The translations under genes were made by a program, and so were the position numbers. A stretch of DNA of 64,000 nt, from positions 21,080,001 to 21,144,000 of the forward strand of contig OZ059894.1 of assembly GCA_964057225.1 (NCBI GenBank), read 5' to 3'. Numbering within the stretch: the first letter of the stretch is position 1; each line of letters opens with the position of its first letter. This document shows positions 53,801-64,000 of this stretch, in pieces. This DNA is from Auanema rhodensis. Its lineage: Eukaryota; Animalia; Nematoda. The notes beneath the pieces are model-generated. The model saw only the letters and a list, made by a program, of their open reading frames with translations, was not told the origin of the DNA and ran no database searches.

Positions 53801-56800
53801 ATGGACAATGTTATTCAACGAAAAAATTAATTCTTCAGGGTGAAAATCGAGGATATAAGTGTGAACATATATCAGTTGATATCTCGGTGCATTTTTAAGC
53901 TAGCGCAAATCGGATAACACAGATCGACGCAGCTTAAAAATCCGCATCGAATGCACTATACTACATTGAAAAACGCTTAATACACAAATTAGTTATGATC
54001 GTTTGAAAAATGATGCATTAGTGTATGTTGAGTTTCCATGTACACTCAACATTGCTTCCAAAAACATTTTGACAAAAATTTTTTCGAAAAATTTCAAAAT
54101 AATTTAGCAAAAAGTAGATGTTTTTAGATTTTTTTTTTCAAGGCAAAGACGATGGACAATGTTATTCAACGAAAAAATTAATTCTTCAGGGTGAAAATCG
54201 AGGATATAAGTGTGAACATATATCAGTTGATATCTCGGTGCATTTTTAAGCTAGCGCAAATCGGATAACACAGATCGACGCAGCTTAAAAATCCGCATCG
54301 AATGCACTATACTACATCAAGAAACTTTTAATACACAAATTAGTTATGATCGTTTGAAAAATGATGCATTAGTGTATGTTGAGTTTCCATGTACACTCAA
54401 CATTGCTTCCAAAAACATTTTGACAAAAATTTTTTCGAAAAATTTCAAAATAATTTAGCAAAAAGTAGATGTTTTTAGATTCCTTTTTTTAAGGCAAAGA
54501 CGATGGACAATGTTATTCAACGAAAAAATTAATTCTTCAGGGTGAAAATCGAGGATATAAGTGTGAACTTATATCAGTTGATATCTCGGTGCATTTTTAA
54601 GCTAGCGCAAATCTGATAACACAGATCGACGCAGCTTAAAAATCCGCATCGAATGCACTATACTACATTGAGAAACGCTTAATACAAAAATTAGTTATTA
54701 TCGTTTGAAAAATGATGCATTAGTGTATGTTGAGTTTCCATGTACACTCAACATTGCTTCCAAAAACATTTTGACAAAAATTTTTTCGAAAAATTTCAAA
54801 ATAATTTAGCAAAAAGTAGATGTTTTTAGATTTCTTTTTTCAAGGCAAAGACGATGGACAATGTTATTCAACGAAAAAATTAATTCTTCAGGGTGAAAAT
54901 CGAGGATATAAGTGTAAACTTATATCAGTTGATATCTCGGTGCATTTTTAAGCTAGCGCAAATCTGATAACACAGATCGACGCAGCTTAAAAATCCGCAT
55001 CGAATGCACTATACTACATTGAGAAACGCTTAATACAAAAATTAGTTATGATCGTTTGAAAAATGATGCATTAGTGTATGTTGAGTTTCCATGTACACTC
55101 AACATTGCTTCCAAAAACATTTTGATAAAAATTTTTTCGAAAAATTTCAGAATAATTCAGCAAAAAGTAGATGTTTTTAGATTCCTTTTTCCGAGGCAAA
55201 GACGATGGACAATGTTATTCAACGAAAAAATTAATTCTTCAGGGTGAAAATCGAGGATATAAGTGTGAACTTATATCAGTTGATATCTCGGTGCATTTTT
55301 AAGCTAGCGCAAATCTGATAACACAGATCGACGCAGCTTAAAAATCCGCATCGAATGCACTATACTACATTGAGAAACGTTTGATACAAAAATTAGTTAT
55401 GATCGTTTGAAAAATGATGCATTAGTGTATGTTGAGTTTCCATGTACACTCAACATTGCTTCCAAAAACATTTTGACAAAAATTTTTTCGAAAAATTTCA
55501 GAATAATTTAGCAAAAAGTAGATGTTTTTAGATTTCTTTTTTCAAGGCAAAGATGATGGACAATGTTATTCAACGAAAAAATTAATTCTTCAGGGTGAAA
55601 ATCGAGGATATAAGTGTAAACTTATATCAGTTGATATCTCGGTGCATTTTTAAGCTAGCGCAAATCTGATAACACAGATCGACGCAGCTTAAAAATCCGC
55701 ATCGAATGCACTATACTACATTGAGAAACGCTTAATACAAAAATTAGTTATGATCGTTTGAAAAATGATGCATTAGTGTATGTTGAGTTTCCATGTACAC
55801 TCAACATTGCTTCCAAAAACATTTTGATAAAAATTTTTTCGAAAAATTTCAGAATAATTCAGCAAAAAGTAGATGTTTTTAGATTCCTTTTTCCAAGGCA
55901 AAGACGATGGACAATGTTATTCAACGAAAAAATTAATTCTTCAGGGTGAAAATCGAGGATATAAGTGTGAACTTATATCAGTTGATATCTCGGTGCATTT
56001 TTAAGCTAGCGCAAATCTGATAACACAGATCGACGCAGCTTTAAAATCCGCATCGAATGCACTATACTACATTGAGAAACGTTTGATACAAAAATTAGTT
56101 ATGATCGTTTGAAAAATGATGCATTAGTGTATGTTGAGTTTCCATGTACACTCAACATTGCTTCCAAAAACATTTTGACAAAAATTTTTTCGAAAAATTT
56201 CAAAATAATTTAGCAAAAAGTAGATGTTTTTAGATTTCTTTTTTCAAGGCAAAGACGATGGACAATGTTATTCAACGAAAAAATTAATTCTTCAGGGTGA
56301 AAATCGAGGATATAAGTGTGAACATATATCAGTTGATATCTCGGTGCATTTTTAAGCTAGCGCAAATCGGATAACACAGATCGACGCAGCTTAAAAATCC
56401 GCATCGAATGCACTATACTACATCAAGAAACTTTTAATACACAAATTAGTTATGATCGTTTGAAAAATGATGCATTAGTGTATGTTGAGTTTCCATGTAC
56501 ACTCAACATTGCTTCCAAAAACATTTTGACAAAAATTTTTTCGAAAAATTTCAAAATAATTTAGCAAAAAGTAGATGTTTTTAGATTCCTTTTTTTAAGG
56601 CAAAGACGATGGACAATGTTATTCAACGAAAAAATTAATTCTTCAGGGTGAAAATCGAGGATATAAGTGTGAACTTATATCAGTTGATATCTCGGTGCAT
56701 TTTTAAGCTAGCGCAAATCTGATAACACAGATCGACGCAGCTTAAAAATCCGCATCGAATGCACTATACTACATCAAGAAACTTTTAATACACAAATTAG

Positions 56801-59350
56801 TTATGATCGTTTGAAAAATGATGCATTAGTGTATGTTGAGTTTCCATGTACACTCAACATTGCTTCCAAAAACATTTTGACAAAAATTTTTTCGAAAAAT
56901 TTCAGAATAATTTAGCAAAAAGTAGATGTTTTTAGATTTCTTTTTTCAAGGCAAAGACGATGGACAATGTTATTCAACGAAAAAATTAATTCTTCAGGGT
57001 GAAAATCGAGGATATAAGTGTGAACTTATATCAGTTGATATCTCGGTGCATTTTTAAGCTAGCGCAAATCTGATAACACAGATCGACGCAGCTTAAAAAT
57101 CCGCATCGAATGCACTATACTACATTGAGAAACGCTTAATACAAAAATTAGTTATGATCGTTTGAAAAATGATGCATTAGTGTATGTTGAGTTTCCATGT
57201 ACACTCAACATTGCTTCCAAAAACATTTTGATAAAAATTTTTTCGAAAAATTTCAGAATAATTCAGCAAAAAGTAGATGTTTTTAGATTCCTTTTTCCGA
57301 GGCAAAGACGATGGACAATGTTATTCAACGAAAAAATTAATTCTTCAGGGTGAAAATCGAGGATATAAGTGTGAACTTATATCAGTTGATATCTCGGTGC
57401 ATTTTTAAGCTAGCGCAAATCTGATAACACAGATCGACGCAGCTTAAAAATCCGCATCGAATGCACTATACTACATTGAGAAACGTTTGATACAAAAATT
57501 AGTTATGATCGTTTGAAAAATGATGCATTAGTGTATGTTGAGTTTCCATGTACACTCAACATTGCTTCCAAAAACATTTTGACAAAAATTTTTTCGAAAA
57601 ATTTCAAAATAATTTAGCAAAAAGTAGATGTTTTTAGATTTCTTTTTTCAAGGCAAAGATGATGGACAATGTTATTCAACGAAAAAATTAATTCTTCAGG
57701 GTGAAAATCGAGGATATAAGTGTAAACTTATATCAGTTGATATCTCGGTGCATTTTTAAGCTAGCGCAAATCTGATAACACAGATCGACGCAGCTTAAAA
57801 ATCCGCATCGAATGCACTATACTACATTGAGAAACGCTTAATACAAAAATTAGTTATGATCGTTTGAAAAATGATGCATTAGTGTATGTTGAGTTTCCAT
57901 GTACACTCAACATTGCTTCCAAAAACATTTTGATAAAAATTTTTTCGAAAAATTTCAGAATAATTCAGCAAAAAGTAGATGTTTTTAGATTCCTTTTTCC
58001 AAGGCAAAGACGATGGACAATGTTATTCAACGAAAAAATTAATTCTTCAGGGTGAAAATCGAGGATATAAGTGTGAACTTATATCAGTTGATATCTCGGT
58101 GCATTTTTAAGCTAGCGCAAATCTGATAACACAGATCGACGCAGCTTAAAAATCCGCATCGAATGCACTATACTACATTGAGAAACGTTTGATACAAAAA
58201 TTAGTTATGATCGTTTGAAAAATGATGCATTAGTGTATGTTGAGTTTCCATGTACACTCAACATTGCTTCCAAAAACATTTTGACAAAAATTTTTTCGAA
58301 AAATTTCAAAATAATTTAGCAAAAAGTAGATGTTTTTAGATTTCTTTTTTCAAGGCAAAGACGATGGACAATGTTATTCAACGAAAAAATTAATTCTTCA
58401 GGGTGAAAATCGAGGATATAAGTGTGAACATATATCAGTTGATATCTCGGTGCATTTTTAAGCTAGCGCAAATCGGATAACACAGATCGACGCAGCTTAA
58501 AAATCCGCATCGAATGCACTATACTACATCAAGAAACTTTTAATACACAAATTAGTTATGATCGTTTGAAAAATGATGCATTAGTGTATGTTGAGTTTCC
58601 ATGTACACTCAACATTGCTTCCAAAAACATTTTGACAAAAATTTTTTCGAAAAATTTCAAAATAATTTAGCAAAAAGTAGATGTTTTTAGATTCCTTTTT
58701 TTAAGGCAAAGACGATGGACAATGTTATTCAACGAAAAAATTAATTCTTCAGGGTGAAAATCGAGGATATAAGTGTGAACTTATATCAGTTGATATCTCG
58801 GTGCATTTTTAAGCTAGCGCAAATCTGATAACACAGATCGACGCAGCTTAAAAATCCGCATCGAATGCACTATACTACATCAAGAAACTTTTAATACACA
58901 AATTAGTTATGATCGTTTGAAAAATGATGCATTAGTGTATGTTGAGTTTCCATGTACACTCAACATTGCTTCCAAAAACATTTTGACAAAAATTTTTTCG
59001 AAAAATTTCAGAATAATTTAGCAAAAAGTAGATGTTTTTAGATTTCTTTTTTCAAGGCAAAGACGATGGACAATGTTATTCAACGAAAAAATTAATTCTT
59101 CAGGGTGAAAATCGAGGATATAAGTGTAAACTTATATCAGTTGATATCTCGGTGCATTTTTAAGCTAGCGCAAATCTGATAACACAGATCGACGCAGCTT
59201 AAAAATCCGCATCGAATGCACTATACTACATTGAGAAACGCTTAATACAAAAATTAGTTATGATCGTTTGAAAAATGATGCATTAGTGTATGTTGAGTTT
59301 CCATGTACACTCAACATTGCTTCCAAAAACATTTTGACAAAAATTTTTTC
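47880..59350 (+). repeat. Distinct monomer subfamily domain (about 33 monomers)
   Basis: Concentrated or private variants: CAGAATAATTCAG...TTTTCCAAGG, CGTTTGATA, ATACACAAAT, GTGTAAACTT, AAATCGGATA, CATCAAGAAACTTTT and frequent GATTTCTTT. The GAAC allele is absent. Confidence 0.85.
54200..59050 (+). repeat. 6-monomer higher-order repeat (2106 bp), about 2.3 copies
   Basis: Markers recur at +2106: CCGAGG (55191/57297), AGATGATGG (55551/57657), ORF-type monomers (55056/57162, 55758/57864), CATCAAGAAACTTTT (about 54316/56422/58528 and 56773/58879). Boundaries are approximate. Confidence 0.87.
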
Positions 59351-62300
59351 GAAAAATTTCAAAATAATTTAGCAAAAAGTAGATGTTTTTAGATTCCATT
59401 TTTCAAGGCAAAGACGATGGACAATGTTATTCAACGAAAAAATTAATTCTTCAGGGTGAAAATCGAGGATATAAGTGTGAACTTATATCAGTTGATATCT
59501 CGGTGCATTTTTAAGCTAGCGCAAATCTGATAACACAGATCGACGCAGCTTAAAAATCCGCATCGAATGCACTTTACTACATCGAGAAACGCTTGATACA
59601 AAAATTAGTTATGATCGTTTGAAAAATGATGCATTAGTGTATGTTGAGTTTCCATGTACACTCAACATTGCTTCCAAAAACATTTTGACAAAAATTTTTT
59701 CGAAAAATTTCAAAATAATTTAGCAAAAAGTAGATGTTTTTAGACTCCATTTTTCAAGGCAAAGACGATAGACAATGTTATTCAACGAAAAAATTAATTC
59801 TTCAGGGTGAAAATCGAGGATATAAGTGTGAACTTATATCAGTTGATATCTCGGTGCATTTTTAAGCTAGCGCAAATCTGATAACACAGATCGACGCAGC
59901 TTAAAAATCTGCATCGAATGCACTATACTACATTGAGAAACGCTTAATACACAAATTAGTTATGATCGTTTGAAAAATGATGCATTAGTGTATGTTGAGT
60001 TTCCATGTACACTCAACATTGCTTCCAAAAACATTTTGACAAAAATTTTTTCGAAAAATTTCAAAATAATTTAGCAAAAAGTAGATGTTTTTAGATTTCT
60101 TTTTTCAAGGCAAAGACGATGGACAATGCTATTCAACGAAAAAATTAATTCTTCAGGGTGAAAATCGAGGATATAAGTGTGAACTTATATCAGTTGATAT
60201 CTCGGTGCATTTTTAAGCTAGCGCAAATCTGATAACACAGATCGACGCAGCTTAAAAATCCGCATCGAATGCACTATACTACATTGAGAAACGCTTGATA
60301 CAAAAATTAGTTATGATCGTTTGAAAAATGATGCATTAGTGTATGTTGAGTTTCCATGTACACTCAACATTGCTTCCAAAAACATTTTGACAAAAATTTT
60401 TTCGAAAAATTTCAAAATAATTTAGCAAAAAGTAGATGTTTTTAGATTCCTTTTTTAAAGCAAAGACGATGGACAGGTTTTCAACGAAAAAATTAATTCT
60501 TCAGGGTGAAAATCGAGGATATAAGTGTGAACTTATATCAGTTGATGTCTCGGTGCATTTTTAAGTTAGCGCAAATCTGATAACACAGATCGACGCAGCT
60601 TAAAAATTCGCATCGAATGCACTATACTACATTGCGAAACGCTTAATACAAAAATTAGTTATGATCGTTTGAAAAATGATGCATTAGTGTATGTTGAGTT
60701 TCCATGTACACTCAACATTGCTTCCAAAAACATTTTGACAAAAATTTTTTCGAAAAATTTCAAAATAATTTAGCAAAAAGTAGATGTTTTTAGATTCCAT
60801 TTTTCAAGGCAAAGACGATAGACAATGTTATTCAACGAAAAAATTAATTCTTCAGGGTGAAAATCGAGGATATAAGTGTGAACTTATATCAGTTGATATC
60901 TCGGTGCATTTTTAAGCTAGCGCAAATCTGATAACACAGATCGACGCAGCTTAAAAATCCGCATCGAATGCACTATACTACATTGAGAAACGCTTGATAC
61001 AAAAATTAGTTATGATCGTTTGAAAAATGATGCATTAGTGTATGTTGAGTTTCCATGTACACTCAACATTGCTTCCAAAAACATTTTGACAAAAATTTTT
61101 TCGAAAAATTTCAAAATAATTTAGCAAAAAGTAGATGTTTTTAGATTCCTTTTTTTAAATCAAAGACGATGGACAATGTTATTCAACGAAAAAATTAATT
61201 CTTCAGGGTGAAAATCGAGGATATAAGTGTGAACTTATATCAGTTGATGTCTCGGTGCATTTTTAAGCTAGCGCAAATCTGATAACACAGATCGACGCAG
61301 CTTAAAAATCCGCATCGAATGCACTATACTACATTGAGAAACGCTTAATACAAAAATTAGTTATGATCGTTTGAAAAATGATGCATTAGTGTATGTTGAG
61401 TTTCCATGTACACTCAACATTGCTTCCAAAAACATTTTGACAAAAATTTTTTCGAAAAATTTCAAAATAATTTAGCAAAAAGTAGATGTTTTTAGATTCC
61501 TTTTTTTAAATCAAAGACGATGGACAATGTTATTCAACGAAAAAATTAATTCTTCAGGGTGAAAATCGAGGATATAAGTGTGAACTTATATCAGTTGATG
61601 TCTCGGTGCATTTTTAAGTTAGCGCAAATCTGATAACACAGATCGACGCAGCTTAAAAATCCGCATCGAATGCACTATACTACATTGAGAAACGCTTAAT
61701 ACAAAAATTAGTTATGATCGTTTGAAAAATGATGCATTAGTGTATGTTGAGTTTCCATGTACACTCAACATTGCTTCCAAAAACATTTTGACAAAAATTT
61801 TTTCGAAAAATTTCAAGATAATTTAGCAAAAAGTAGATGTTTTTAGATTCCATTTTTCAAGGCAAAGACGATGGACAATGTTATTCAACGAAAAAATTAA
61901 TTCTTCAGGGTGAAAATCGAGGATATAAGTGTGAACTTATATCAGTTGATATCTCGGTGCATTTTTAAGCTAGCGCAAATCTGATAACACAGATCGACGC
62001 AGCTTAAAAATCCGCATCGAATGCACTATACTACATCGAGAAACGCTTGATACAAAAATTAGTTATGATCGTTTGAAAAATGATGCATTAGTGTATGTTG
62101 AGTTTCCATGTACACTCAACATTGCTTCCAAAAACATTTTGACAAAAGTTTTTCGAAAAATTTCAAGATAATTTAGCAAAAAGTAGATGTTTTTAGATTC
62201 CATTTTTCAAGGCAAAGACGATGGACAATGTTATTCAACGAAAAAATTAATTCTTCAGGGTGAAAATCGAGGATATAAGTGTGAACTTATATCAGTTGAT

Positions 62301-62499
62301 ATCTCGGTGCATTTTTAAGCTAGCGCAAATCTGATAACACAGATCGACGCAGCTTAAAAATCCGCATCGAATGCACTATACTACATCGAGAAACGCTTGA
62401 TACAAAAATTAGTTATGATCGTTTGAAAAATGATGCGTTAGTGTATGTTGAGTTTCCATGTACACTCAACATTGCTTCCAAAAACATTTTGACAAAAAT

Positions 62500-63940
62500 T
62501 TTTTCGAAAAATTTCAAAATAATTTAGCAAAAAGTAGATGTTTTTAGATTTCATTTTTCAAGGGAAAGACGATAGACAATGTTATTCAACGAAAAAATTA
62601 ATTCTTCAGGGTGAAAATCGAGGATATAAGTGTGAACTTATATCAGTTGATATCTCGGTGCATTTTTAAGCTAGCGCAAATCTGATAACACAGATCGACG
62701 CAGCTTAAAAATCCGCATCGAATGCACTATACTACATTGAGAAACGCTTGATACAAAAATTAGTTATGATTGTTTGAAAAATGATGCATTAGTGTATGTT
62801 GAGTTTCCATGTACACTCAACATTGCTTCCAAAAACATTTTGACAAAAATTTTTTCGAAAAATTTCAAAATAATTTAGCAAAAAGTAGATGTTTTTAGAT
62901 TCCATTTTTCAAGGCAAAGACGATAGACAATGTTATTCAACGAAAAAATTAATTCTTCAGGGTGAAAATCGAGGATATAAGTGTGAACTTATATCAGTTG
63001 ATATCTCGGTGCATTTTTAAGCTAGCGCAAATCTGATAACACAGATCGACGCAGCTTAAAAATCCGCATCGAATGCACTATACTACATCAAGAAACGCTT
63101 GATACAAAAATTAGTTATGATCGTTTGAAAAATGATGCATTAGTGTATGTTGAGTTTCCATGTACACTCAACATTGCTTCCAAAAACATTTTGACAAAAA
63201 TTTTTTCGAAAAATTTCAAAATAATTTAGCAAAAAGTAGATGTTTTTAGATTTCATTTTTCAAGGGAAAGACGATAGACAATGTTATTCAACGAAAAAAT
63301 TAATTCTTCAGGGTGAAAATCGAGGATATAAGTGTGAACTTATATCAGTTGATATCTCGGTGCATTTTTAAGCTAGCGCAAATCTGATAACACAGATCGA
63401 CGCAGCTTAAAAATCCGCATCGAATGCACTATACTACATTGAGAAACGCTTGATACAAAAATTAGTTATGATTGTTTGAAAAATGATGCATTAGTGTATG
63501 TTGAGTTTCCATGTACACTCAACATTGCTTCCAAAAACATTTTGACAAAAATTTTTTCGAAAAATTTCAAAATAATTTAGCAAAAAGTAGATGTTTTTAG
63601 ATTCCATTTTTCAAGGCAAAGACGATAGACAATGTTATTCAACGAAAAAATTAATTCTTCAGGGTGAAAATCGAGGATATAAGTGTGAACTTATATCAGT
63701 TGATATCTCGGTGCATTTTTAAGCTAGCGCAAATCTGATAACACAGATCGACGCAGCTTAAAAATCCGCATCGAATGCACTATACTACATCAAGAAACGC
63801 TTGATACAAAAATTAGTTATGATCGTTTGAAAAATGATGCATTAGTGTATGTTGAGTTTCCATGTACACTCAACATTGCTTCCAAAAACATTTTGACAAA
63901 AATTTTTTCGAAAAATTTCAAAATAATTTAGCAAAAAGTA
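62500..63940 (+). repeat. Two tandem copies of a 2-monomer unit (702 bp)
   Basis: TTTCATTTTTCAAGGG (about 62549/63251), GATTGTTT (about 62768/63470) and CATCAAGAAACGCTTG (about 63086/63788) all recur at +702. Confidence 0.85.
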
Positions 63941-64000
63941 GATGTTTTTTAGATTCCATTTTTCAAGGCAAAGACGATAGACAATGTTATTCAACGAAAA

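Larger units (their letters stand above)
1..64000. repeat. Tandem satellite DNA array, 351-bp AT-rich monomer, about 182 copies, running off both window ends
   Basis: The 351-bp period is read directly: AAAAAATTTTTGTC at 1 and 352; CAATGTTATTC at 1787 and 2138; ORF starts spaced by multiples of 351. Copies differ by only a few substitutions or small indels. No unique sequence was seen anywhere. Confidence 0.99.
1787..64000 (+). repeat. Main satellite block in forward orientation (about 177 monomers, head-to-tail)
   Basis: Uninterrupted repetition of the unit CAATGTTATTCAACG...GGCAAAGACGATGGA (first copy 1787-2137) to the window end. The strand label is arbitrary and only distinguishes this block from the first one. 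Confidence 0.98.

Noticed and set aside
48036-58055. Nine near-identical 63-aa ORFs (MKNDALVYVEFPC...)
   Set aside because: They start at TTG and are simply the monomer frame in which the common TAG (AATTTAG) has become CAG. The same frame is closed in about 95% of copies, and the copy near 15133 has CAG but stops at a downstream TAG. There is no recognisable domain or gene context. They serve as subfamily markers, not genes.
1-64000. CRISPR array or repeat-spacer system
   Set aside because: The hairpin-bearing repeats are not separated by unique spacers; the entire 351 bp repeats, and there are no cas genes.

Overview
The whole window is non-coding tandem satellite DNA: about 182 copies of one AT-rich 351-bp monomer (about 31% GC by hand count), very similar to each other and most likely eukaryotic heterochromatic or (peri)centromeric sequence. 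I find no credible genes, RNA genes, CRISPR arrays or intact mobile elements. The nine 63-aa ORFs are by-products of a TAG>CAG variant in one monomer subfamily. The structure worth noting is as follows. (1) The array switches orientation at 1786/1787, exactly on a 7-bp inverted repeat (AACATTG/CAATGTT) built into the monomer; this gives a kb-scale inverted repeat with a 103-bp spacer and predicts a specific reciprocal junction. (2) A 62-bp intra-monomer duplication lies next to that junction. (3) The monomer is tiled by consecutive dyad symmetries. (4) The array is layered into about four variant-defined domains with local 2-, 3-, 5- and 6-mer duplications. (5) One hairpin segment of about 46 bp appears invariant. 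I cannot assign the satellite family or the species from sequence alone. All counts were made by eye.
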